Shown here: piece after piece, positions 17,660 through 25,867 of the stretch
Layout of the letters: each line of letters begins with the position of its first letter
How positions within the stretch are numbered: the stretch's first letter is position 1
Source of the DNA: a bacterium
Lineage (GTDB): Bacteria > SZUA-182 > DTGQ01
NCBI GenBank assembly: GCA_040752695.1
Contig: JBFMGO010000085.1
Span: 1 to 26,785 of the forward strand
Direction: 5' to 3'
DNA length: 26,785 nucleotides
Program-made: the position numbers and the translations under genes
The notes under the pieces: model-generated
What the model was told of the DNA's origin: nothing
The model's database searches: none
Seen by the model: the letters and a program-made list of their open reading frames with translations, nothing else

Positions 17660-19129
17660 TTAAAGTATTTTCCCTTTATCTTTGCCCAATGCTTTCATAT
17701 GCTGACCGATAACATCCAGCCATTGTTCACATTTTTCCGAAACATTCATGCCTGTTCCTAATTTATCAGCCGGTAATGTCACACCGGGTACTAATTCCTG
17801 AATTTTATCCCGTATCAGCTTTTCATATTGGTCAGGATCATGCGACAGGTTTAAATTCCAGACCAGGTCAGATAACTGCTGCCGGTCCATACCGGCAGAT
17901 TCCATAAGCCGCATGAAATTTTTCACCATAGGCTGATAAAGGGAATCTCTTACCTGGAAAATCTGCTCCGCATATTGATCAACATCTTGCAGGTTCATGG
18001 CCTTACAAAAATCGGGGAAGAAAAACCGCTCCCAGACTTCGTTCACGATCTGGGACAGATTGCGGTAACTGGTGTCATTTCTGTCGTTATATCGCATGGT
18101 ATCGATCTGCACGCCCAGGCTATGACCGAATTCATGGCAGAGTGTAGCCAATGAATCCGCCTGCTCAAGCGAGGTGATCTTGCCTTCTTTCACTGCGGTT
18201 TCGACTTGGATATACCGGATGGGGTTTAATTTGATAATGCCATTAACCTGATCCCACTTGCCGTTAGCATCTGACTCGAACCCGAACTTTTTCACCGGTA
18301 CGGCATCCACCCCCATCAGCTTGAAATTTTCCTGCAAGCCGTTGAGCCGGTCATTCAACTGGCCCATGGTGCGCACCGGGCCGAACCGCTGTTCATAAGC
18401 CCGCTCGAAGAGCTTCCGCTCCTCGTCGGAGAGTTTGCTCAGGTCAGGCTCCCAGGCCACTTTCCCCGGATTGACTGCAAACCCTTCAGGCGGCATGAGC
18501 TTTTCCGGTTCGCTGGAAACGCTTCCATCCGGCAGGACCGGATAATATTCTGTCCCGGTGAGATCTTCGGTCAACGGTGTGATTCCTTCTTCTTCCAACT
18601 CGTCACGCGAGAGGTCATCCACTCCGGATCTTCACCCAAAATGATTAGGCGGGTAATACTTATCCCAGAATGGATGATCGTAACGGTAACATACGGCCGG
18701 TCTGCTTCCGTGTCCGCCCAGTTCGTAGCATAGAGGGGTGGTCCCCGAATCATCAATCGAGTTGTACACCCAAAAGGGCCGCAATTCGGCCCGCTCCGTC
18801 TGTTTCGCATAACGACCCACGTTGTAGGAGGTCTGGATATTCTGACGAAACACGATTTCAATATGACGAGGATTCGCCGGAGCATACCCCGAATTACGAA
18901 GAATGTCATTGAACGCCTCCTGGAACCCTTTCAGGGTCCCTCCATCGGTCAGCACTTTTTCAACCTCTGCGTGCAGGTCTTTCAGAACCCGCAGGGACGT
19001 GACATGAGACACGGAAAATGCCTTCACCCTGGCTTCGGCAGAAAGCCGATAGAATTTGTCCGGATGCAGGATCTCCTTGCCTGCAAAAAACCTGATAGCT
19101 TCCGTGAAGGCTCCCTTGTTACTCATCAC
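17660..19129 (-). CDS. MuF head morphogenesis protein with C-terminal HExxH domain; in-frame TGA at 18632-18634 (candidate selenocysteine)
   Basis: AFSVSHV, IVFRQNIQTSYNVGRY, D..T...C, HPFWDKYYPPNHFG*RSGV, PEGFAVNPGK, LCHEFGH. The two listed ORFs are in the same frame (489 aa if read through). Confidence 0.85.
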
Positions 19130-20766
19130 TTCACCGTTCTCCGTCCATACAATTCGGCCAGCAGCATACCCCTGGCAATCAGCAGTTCCATATCATCAGA
19201 AGCAATATCGCTGAATGCCAGATAGATCCGGTCTCTGATCTGGTCCAGAGAACCAGCACTCATCACGATGTTCGTAAGCTTCGCCTCCATATCAGGATAA
19301 AGCTTTGCGTACTCCTTCAGCAGGCTCCCGCCGATGTCCTCCACGCCCTGCTGCCTGGGGGAGAAACGACCAGAGTGCTCTGATATGATAGTCCCTTGTG
19401 CCATCTGTGACATGGCCACATAGGTACCGTCCGCATCCTGCTTCATGAGCACTGGTGTCCGTCCAGGAAGGATGACGATCTGTTCGTCTTTGGCAGGTTC
19501 CGGCAGGTTGTATTTTTGGCGGAAGTAGTTCACTCCGATCGGGACTCCGGTTTCCACCAGGGTTTTATCCCGCTGTGCTTCGGCAATGAGGTCTTCCGCC
19601 GGCTCGTAAGCGGTTTTATATCGCGGATAGACTGCCTGCGGTCCGAAGTTAAAGATAACGAGCGGGACCACGAGCTGCTGGGTGATGGTCTTGTCGAGGG
19701 CAATGCAATCCGCTTCGAGCAGATCCTGCCGAACTTTATCATGCACCTGAGCAGCGGCCCGCGATCCCTCTTTAACCTCTGTGGTCAGATTCTGACCCAG
19801 GATGACAATCGAAATTTCCTGGTTGACCATATCGATAAAGGTCTTATAGACATCGCCATTGGCCGCACCATTCAACGCGGAGACGAACTGGAGCTCCGTC
19901 GATTTGGAAATGATGCCTGCTCCGTCAGCGCCAATGGACTGCACTGCTGTTCTCAGAGCAGCCCGGTCTGCCTTCGTGGCCGAAGGATCGTATTTACCCA
20001 GACGCAATGGCATTCCGTAGACCTCGCAGAACCGTATCCAGTCCTTGATATTGTAGGACTTGAACAGATAGAACCAGGCCAGGGTACGCAATAATCCTGC
20101 CCTGGCAGGATATCCTGATCTGCCTTTATATTGGTGGATGATAAACTTGGCCGGATAATTGGCCAGAGACTCACCCTTACTCGGCTCTGCATCGGTGATC
20201 AGCCGCAACTCCGTCTGAGTGTCATTCCAAACGAAGCGCTTCTGATGTCTCCATTTGATCGCTGCAATGACGTTTCTACCATCCCGGATATCCCACATAA
20301 CCTCGACTACAGCATACCCTTTGCCTATGGCGTCGAGCAGATCAAGCTGCGCTTCCTGAAAATTGGATATACCAGACATTACTTCTTTAACGAATTCGGC
20401 CTGAGCGACTGAATTCCTGTCCTGCTCGTCCGCCGGGATAATGTCCCAGTCCAGGCCGATTACGGCCTGTTTGCGAGTCTGTAAACAGGAGAAAATGCGC
20501 GTGTCCTTTTCTTCGATTTCCTCGAACAGCTCCATCTGACGGTGCATGATTCCGGCATCCGCCTCTTTGAGGATGCTGGCCAGTTGTGTGACAGTCAGCC
20601 CCTGGCTGGGATATTCAGAATACACATCCTGGAGCCTGACCACCCCCACCTCTTCCATATCCGGCTTCACCGGCAGGTAGATTTTGTTGCCGTTGGCATC
20701 GTAAATGTATTTTCGTTCGATTGAACTCTGATATGGGTTCTTTACCCTATCTTGCTGGTCTGGCAT
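19126..20766 (-). CDS. Portal protein (Mu gp29 / DUF935)
   Basis: ELFEEIEEKD, LLDAIGKGY, GLLRTLAW.YLFK, FCEVYGMPLRLGKY, ILGQNLTTE. Confidence 0.95.
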   Translation of the reverse strand: MPDQQDRVKNPYQSSIERKYIYDANGNKIYLPVKPDMEEVGVVRLQDVYSEYPSQGLTVTQLASILKEADAGIMHRQMELFEEIEEKDTRIFSCLQTRKQAVIGLDWDIIPADEQDRNSVAQAEFVKEVMSGISNFQEAQLDLLDAIGKGYAVVEVMWDIRDGRNVIAAIKWRHQKRFVWNDTQTELRLITDAEPSKGESLANYPAKFIIHQYKGRSGYPARAGLLRTLAWFYLFKSYNIKDWIRFCEVYGMPLRLGKYDPSATKADRAALRTAVQSIGADGAGIISKSTELQFVSALNGAANGDVYKTFIDMVNQEISIVILGQNLTTEVKEGSRAAAQVHDKVRQDLLEADCIALDKTITQQLVVPLVIFNFGPQAVYPRYKTAYEPAEDLIAEAQRDKTLVETGVPIGVNYFRQKYNLPEPAKDEQIVILPGRTPVLMKQDADGTYVAMSQMAQGTIISEHSGRFSPRQQGVEDIGGSLLKEYAKLYPDMEAKLTNIVMSAGSLDQIRDRIYLAFSDIASDDMELLIARGMLLAELYGRRTVK

Positions 20767-20777
20767 TGAAAATCCCC

Positions 20778-22298
20778 CTAATAGGCTCCTCGTGTAGAAA
20801 AGCGGCCATAATCCCGGTCTTTCTGGCGACGTTCATCATCCCAATCACCTTCAAGATCCCTCCTGGACTCCACGGTTTCATACTCGATGGGCTGATATTT
20901 ATTCCCGCTCCAGGCATTTACCGACAGGGCTTTTGCCCAGAAGTGATCGGCGTGGCCGGTTTCCTCCGAGCGGTCTGCATCGAAACGGAAATGCCTGGTC
21001 GGTGACGGATACCGTTTGATGCTGTGCAGGCTCTCACGGATGACCTGGTCAACCGGGATCTCGGAGCCCCTGTCATCGAAGTTCTTTTTCAGGCCGCCGG
21101 CCATGACTTCTTTATTTTTTGTATTGAACTCTATGGCCTCTACTTTATATTCACCGAATTGCTCGATGGCTTCTTCCGCTATCTGGGCACCCAGACCTGT
21201 GGCATCGATGCAGGCCCGACGGCATGCAGGATGAGCCAGGATCGACCAGAGCATGCGCTGCTGGACGAAAAACGGCTGCGCTTTCAGGTTGATGACCGCC
21301 GCTGTTCGCAATCTGTTTTCCACCAGGTCATCGACCCAGATGATGGAAAAGTCCCTCTTTCTGGCGACATCGTAGCCTATGTACAGCTCATGAAATGGTG
21401 CCCCTTTCAGAATATCGAAAGCGTCCCACTCCGGCACTTTCTTGGTAGCCAGGTATATAGCGTGATGCAATTTGGCCATGGCCAGAAGCAATTCTATCCA
21501 GTCAGGATAAGGATCGATGGTTCCATCCTCGACGGAGTTGATCAGATCGTAGGTGAGATAGGCCGTAGCCTCGTCCAGGAATTCGCACATATACTCCTGC
21601 GCCCAGGCTTCATCGTCACCCAGTGCCTGGCGAAGGTCTTCCGGAGTGCAGATCGTTCCGTCTTCATTGTGTAAAATAAGCCCCTGTGATACGGCATCCA
21701 GGATAGTGGTCAGGTGCTTTGAGTATTTTTGATTGTTCCACAGCTCGTAGAACTTGTTTTTTTTGCCCTGGGGTGTGGATATGATCCGGATCTTATACCC
21801 CCTGGTTACGGTCGGGAAAAGGGCCGTCCAAATCTTGCGGGAATTCTGATGAAAGGCGAACTCGTCGAGCAGGATATTGGCCGAGTGCCCACGGGCCGTC
21901 AATGGATTCGCCGGTAACCCGATTATTTTTGATTTATTGGGAAAATTGATTTCGAGCTGCTTGAATTTTCTATCTTCGATCGTAAATTCATCTTCCAGGA
22001 TCTCACATGCCTTGCCATAGGCCAATGCGTGAATCTGCGCTTTAGCCATCAGCTCCTTCGACTGCCTCTCCCCGGCGGATAAAAACACCCACTTGGTGCG
22101 GGTCTCACAGCAATTATCAACAGCCTCCAGGGATGTGCCGAAGGATTTACCGGCCTGGCGTGACCACATGCCGATCTTGAACCGGGCAGGGTCCGTAATC
22201 CACCGCTTCTGATAATCGTAAAGCGGGACCGGGACTCCTCTCTCCAAGGAGTATTCAATCGCTGATTGTAATTTCAGATCTTTACTTGAAGATCCCAT
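20778..22298 (-). CDS. Terminase large subunit (Mu gp28-like)
   Basis: YQKRW, SRQAGKS (Walker A), ILLDEFAF (Walker B), ISTPQG, IGYDVA, IDATGLG, HADHFWA. Confidence 0.95.
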   Translation of the reverse strand: MGSSSKDLKLQSAIEYSLERGVPVPLYDYQKRWITDPARFKIGMWSRQAGKSFGTSLEAVDNCCETRTKWVFLSAGERQSKELMAKAQIHALAYGKACEILEDEFTIEDRKFKQLEINFPNKSKIIGLPANPLTARGHSANILLDEFAFHQNSRKIWTALFPTVTRGYKIRIISTPQGKKNKFYELWNNQKYSKHLTTILDAVSQGLILHNEDGTICTPEDLRQALGDDEAWAQEYMCEFLDEATAYLTYDLINSVEDGTIDPYPDWIELLLAMAKLHHAIYLATKKVPEWDAFDILKGAPFHELYIGYDVARKRDFSIIWVDDLVENRLRTAAVINLKAQPFFVQQRMLWSILAHPACRRACIDATGLGAQIAEEAIEQFGEYKVEAIEFNTKNKEVMAGGLKKNFDDRGSEIPVDQVIRESLHSIKRYPSPTRHFRFDADRSEETGHADHFWAKALSVNAWSGNKYQPIEYETVESRRDLEGDWDDERRQKDRDYGRFSTRGAY

Positions 22299-23010
22299 AA
22301 ATTTCTTCTCGAATCGTCTTGAGGGTTTCCGGATCGAGTCCCTGGTTATTACGTGTGGTTATTACTCCCAGGGACGAAAGGCCCGCGCGGATCTGATCGG
22401 GGCCGTAGTGCTCAAGGAGCGTGGCAAGCTGGCTTTCCAGTGCCTGATTTACTGCCAGCGGAGCTCCCGTCGTCATGGTGCCGGTGGCTTCCTTATCCTG
22501 CGCTGATCTCCGCACCTTTTCTTCCGCTTTTTGAAGTGCCTGCTTTACCCGTGACTCCCAGAGCAGCTTTTCCCGCTGATTGCTGACGCGGCCCATCTTA
22601 TAGACGATATCAGTCACTTTGTCGATAGGCAGTTCGTTCAGCCGCTCCTGCATATCGCAGGACGTAATGAATGACACCAAATCTCCTTCGATTAAATTCG
22701 TGAGCAGCTTGCCGGTATCGACCTCCGGATTTTCGCTGGCCGCTCCGACGATGGCCTTGGACCATTCCCTGGTTTTCTGCATACGTTCTGCGGCCAGGTC
22801 GAACTGCTCTTTCGTCATACGGTTATAGCGACAGATCGCGGCGCTCGATATCTTCTCCCCGTAGACCTCGGCAACAATCCTGGATATTTCTTTATAGGCC
22901 ACTCCCTGATTCATCAGCTCCAGGATTTTTTCTCTGACCTGAGCCGACATTTCGTCAACCCTAAACCCCCGCCGGCCTATGATTCTTTCCCCTTTTCTCA
23001 GCTTGCCCAT
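22282..23010 (-). CDS. Mu gp27 / DUF3486 protein (putative small terminase)
   Basis: VDEM...REKILE, ISSAAICRY HTH, C-terminal GLDPETLKTIREEIYGI; directly upstream of terminase. Confidence 0.8.
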   Translation of the reverse strand: MGKLRKGERIIGRRGFRVDEMSAQVREKILELMNQGVAYKEISRIVAEVYGEKISSAAICRYNRMTKEQFDLAAERMQKTREWSKAIVGAASENPEVDTGKLLTNLIEGDLVSFITSCDMQERLNELPIDKVTDIVYKMGRVSNQREKLLWESRVKQALQKAEEKVRRSAQDKEATGTMTTGAPLAVNQALESQLATLLEHYGPDQIRAGLSSLGVITTRNNQGLDPETLKTIREEIYGIFK

Positions 23011-23023
23011 GATAATCAGTCCT

Positions 23024-23057
23024 TTGAACTATGACATGGGTTCTTCACCCTGTCTTG
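23024..23057 (-). promoter_or_regulatory. Conserved RNA hairpin just upstream of the gp27 RBS
   Basis: 31/34 identical to 15243-15276; loop GAAGA. Confidence 0.65.
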
Positions 23058-23386
23058 CAGCGGGTCTTTGGAAGAGTAATTCCAGGATCTTCGCTTATGC
23101 TGGCCTCCAGAAGATCGATCCCTTTCGATGTAATTTCCGCCACGACAATCTTTTCATTGCATAGCCTGGTGTCACATATTTCCCGTACCTCTACATACCC
23201 CTTGGACTTCAGATAATTGAGCTGTGTAATCACGTCTGAATCCAGGACCGGCAGTCCGGCATTGCGGACAAAATCGGCAACGAGCAGGGCGTTTGAACCC
23301 TCCCCAGGGTAAAAATTTAAACATTTCAGAATGTACCCCCTGGCACGCTTGTGCATGGCGGCTTCAAGCTGCTCTTTGGCATCCAT
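23045..23386 (-). CDS. Mu gp26-like winged-helix protein
   Basis: RGYILKCL, QLNYLKSKGYV, ITSKGIDLLE...DPGI. Confidence 0.75.
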   Translation of the reverse strand: MDAKEQLEAAMHKRARGYILKCLNFYPGEGSNALLVADFVRNAGLPVLDSDVITQLNYLKSKGYVEVREICDTRLCNEKIVVAEITSKGIDLLEASISEDPGITLPKTRCKTG

Positions 23387-23736
23387 CAGTTTTTCTCTCC
23401 TCCCTTTGTACTGGTGAATAATTTTTCTATGAGTTCAGTAACCTCTCTGAACTTAAACTCCAGGCTCCCCATGATCCGGATTAAATCCGGTTTCGTGACA
23501 TAGTCTTTATAGACTTCACCTCTGAGAGCTGAAAGGCTTTCTTCGATTCTCTCGAACCGCTCTTCACCTTCCTTCATACGTTTTTCAACCGATGTCTTAT
23601 ATTCTTCTATCGTTTGCCTGAGCTGTTTGAAATAAAAAGCGCCGAGTGAAATAACAATGGTGAGAAGAAGCTGAAATACGATCAGCACTCCGCCCCAGAA
23701 CATGGTAACCATATTACCTTCCGGAATTATTGGCAT
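23386..23736 (-). CDS. Single-TM coiled-coil protein (Mu gp25 position)
   Basis: N-terminal TM, coiled coil, YVTK.D motif. Confidence 0.65.
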   Translation of the reverse strand: MPIIPEGNMVTMFWGGVLIVFQLLLTIVISLGAFYFKQLRQTIEEYKTSVEKRMKEGEERFERIEESLSALRGEVYKDYVTKPDLIRIMGSLEFKFREVTELIEKLFTSTKGGEKN

Positions 23737-24041
23737 CAGCAGGATTCCTTTGCTGCCAGCGAGGTTTCTGCCATAGCCACGGCCATAGTGATGATTTCAG
23801 GAGTGACCTTTATTCCCTGGCTGGTTAATAACTCGGTGATCGCGTGAATAAATACATCCTTTCTGCTTCGCTTCGGATCAGGATCTATAAGGAGTGCATT
23901 ATCGACGCACTGGCAGGCTACGGGCACCCATTTCTGAAGAGCCTCCATAATTACCCATGCCTTTTTGTTTCGGCGGCGCGACCATCCCCAAATCAAGGAT
24001 GCTGCCGGTACAATTAACGATGCAATAATATAGGGGGTCAT
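23736..24041 (-). CDS. Putative holin
   Basis: 101 aa with one N-terminal TM followed by a basic stretch; adjacent to the endolysin. Confidence 0.55.
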   Translation of the reverse strand: MTPYIIASLIVPAASLIWGWSRRRNKKAWVIMEALQKWVPVACQCVDNALLIDPDPKRSRKDVFIHAITELLTSQGIKVTPEIITMAVAMAETSLAAKESC

Positions 24042-24052
24042 GATTCGCTCCT

Positions 24053-24484
24053 TTATACAAACATCCGCCTGACCATATCCATATTGATGTTCGGGCAGGT
24101 CTTGTTACTGGTTAATTCATAGTGGCCGTAAATATCCTTTGGCTCCAGTTCGAACTGGAGCATCAATTCGACTAAAAGGTCCTGCAAGCTCTCCAGAAGC
24201 TGCTTAGCGGAAAACAGCCGCTGTCCGATCAGGCAGATGCCAATGGAATCATCGTTATACCCCACGCAATGAGCGCCGACCTCATTAACAGAACGGCCTG
24301 GCTGCAAAAGACCGTCCAGCTTTGGGTTGTAGATCCAGTTCGCCGGATCTGAATAGCCATTACAGATCACGAAGTGATAGCCAATCTTTTTGAACCCTCT
24401 CCTTTTATGCCAGTCATCGATGAGGTGTTTATCGCCTCCGCGACTGTCCGAACAGTGGAGAATGATTCTTTTTATATCTCGCAT
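24053..24484 (-). CDS. N-acetylmuramoyl-L-alanine amidase endolysin (Amidase_2)
   Basis: IILHCS, WH..RGF..IGYHFVI, GAHC.GYN..SIGICLIG, GH.EL...KTCP. Confidence 0.95.
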   Translation of the reverse strand: MRDIKRIILHCSDSRGGDKHLIDDWHKRRGFKKIGYHFVICNGYSDPANWIYNPKLDGLLQPGRSVNEVGAHCVGYNDDSIGICLIGQRLFSAKQLLESLQDLLVELMLQFELEPKDIYGHYELTSNKTCPNINMDMVRRMFV

Positions 24485-24625
24485 ATAAATCCTCCTTCGT
24501 TCTTCCCGCGAGTACTGAGGATACCATTATTTTTTGTTACCGTAACGGCTGTCCTTGTTCCGATTGACGGCTTCCTTCAACTTGGCTCAATTTGAGTCTA
24601 GTTGCAAGCTGTTGAATATGCTGGT

Positions 24626-24661
24626 TTCTTTCAATAATATGCCGAGGTGGACGATGCCAAA
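24626..24661 (-). promoter_or_regulatory. Repeated late-region motif, copy upstream of the lysis operon
   Basis: ATGCCGAGGTGGACGATGCCAAA matches the other three copies. Confidence 0.65.
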
Positions 24662-24789
24662 AAAATTGAGTTTAATGAAACTATAGCAGATTTAAAAATT
24701 CCATGTGTCCATGGTTGTCATACAAAATGCATGATGCATGATTTTTTTTGGGGGGGGAGACTTGACAAGAAAAAAGCGAAAGAGGGCAG

Positions 24790-24832
24790 AAAAAGCAAAA
24801 GGGGACAGGTTTAATAACCCTGTCCACCTTTT
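24790..24832 (-). terminator. Intrinsic terminator (possibly bidirectional) ending the middle genes
   Basis: AAAAGGGGACAGG...CCTGTCCACCTTTT with A/T tracts on both sides. Confidence 0.65.
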
Positions 24833-24902
24833 ATTGCTATTCTTTTATTGCTATTGCCTTCGCTCTTATGTATAAGACAACACACCAAGGGCTTCAAATT
24901 CC

Positions 24903-24993
24903 GTCATTCCCGCGAAGGCGGGAATCCAGAAGCCCTGGTATACTGGATTCCAAGCGATTCTCGGGGCCTTCGACGAGCCTTCGCGGGAATGAC
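24903..24993. repeat. REP/MITE-like palindromic element (ATTCCC-N8-GGGAAT type)
   Basis: Perfect 17-bp inverted repeats GTCATTCCCGCGAAGGC (24903-24919) and GCCTTCGCGGGAATGAC (24977-24993); inner GGAATCCAG/CTGGATTCC. Confidence 0.85.
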
Positions 24994-25034
24994 AAAGAAC
25001 AGTTGTGATGGCTACTATATATGAGCGATTGCCT

Positions 25035-25247
25035 TTATTGCCGATCGAACAACGGCAATTGCTCAGAAGTTGATTTCTTCCTAGATTGACAGATTCGATG
25101 CAGCCCCTTGGTGTAAACAGTGATGTCGCCGGACGCATCCTCAAAGCTTACCAGAACCTTTTCACCTACATGCAATCCAAGGGTTGGATGGCAGTAGATA
25201 TTACCAGCTATACAGATTCTTCCTTTATTTACTTTCCTTCTCAGCAT
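25035..25247 (-). CDS. 70-aa protein resembling the Mu transposase C-terminal beta-barrel
   Basis: RKV..GRI...G..Y....L...VGEKV.V......ITVY......IC; ends EQLPLF; GGAAGGG RBS. Confidence 0.6.
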   Translation of the reverse strand: MLRRKVNKGRICIAGNIYCHPTLGLHVGEKVLVSFEDASGDITVYTKGLHRICQSRKKSTSEQLPLFDRQ

Positions 25248-25261
25248 GGTTCACCCTTCCA

Positions 25262-25471
25262 TCAATTCGGCATAGCCAGGGGGTTTACTCCTGCTATAGT
25301 AACCGGTTCTATGGTGACCGGGGCCAGATTAACATCGTGGTGGAGCAATCGCGCCAGATCGCGGATTCTTAAGTTCCGTAAGGATATAAGCTCCTGTATT
25401 GCATCCTCGATCCGGGCAATGTCATTGATGATTTCCTGCTTTTGCTGCTGTTGACCAGTGTTTTCCTTCAT
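25262..25471 (-). CDS. Hypothetical coiled-coil protein
   Basis: GGAGG RBS; ATGA overlap with the upstream gene. Confidence 0.6.
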   Translation of the reverse strand: MKENTGQQQQKQEIINDIARIEDAIQELISLRNLRIRDLARLLHHDVNLAPVTIEPVTIAGVNPLAMPN

Positions 25472-25698
25472 GGGTTACTTCCTCCATCGTTTTGCACCGG
25501 ACCATTTTCACGCCGCAAGATGGCGACTTTCTTCGATAACCCCTCCAGCCTGGCCCGGATTTCGAGCAGGAAAATCTGAAACGCTTCCGCTCTGCTTTCA
25601 TCCGACATGAGAAGGAATAATGACTTGTAATATTCCAGATCTCTATCGATCGCATCCTGGAGAGCCAGAAGCTTAAGCTGCATACGCTGATCTGCCAT
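25468..25698 (-). CDS. Hypothetical helical protein (MADQ start, 76 aa)
   Basis: AGGAGG RBS before ATG25698; coupled to the next gene. Confidence 0.6.
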   Translation of the reverse strand: MADQRMQLKLLALQDAIDRDLEYYKSLFLLMSDESRAEAFQIFLLEIRARLEGLSKKVAILRRENGPVQNDGGSNP

Positions 25699-25867
25699 CG
25701 GCCCTACCTCCTGTGATATGTGCAATATCATCCCCATGGAGCCTGTCCTTGTTATTCCTGCTCTTCTTTCTCCTGCGGTCTGTAAGGGCCTCGGCGTGCG
25801 CATCCTCACGCGCACGCTTGCGATAAAAGTATACGTCCTTGTGCCTGATCCTCTTTGTCCTACTCAT
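25673..25867 (-). CDS. Small basic hypothetical protein (MSRTK start, 64 aa)
   Basis: AGGAGG RBS before ATG25867; overlaps the Bro-N stop and fills the operon gap. Confidence 0.5.
   Translation of the reverse strand: MSRTKRIRHKDVYFYRKRAREDAHAEALTDRRRKKSRNNKDRLHGDDIAHITGGRADGRSAYAA

Noticed and set aside
24679..24725. Extended -10 (TGCTATAGT, minus strand) upstream of the lysis operon
   Set aside because: Plausible activator-dependent promoter, but it lacks a -35 and has no second copy to support it.
24866..25144. 92-aa minus-strand ORF
   Set aside because: Contains CHSREG and WIPAFAGMT, which are translations of the palindromic repeat, and overlaps a better-supported gene.
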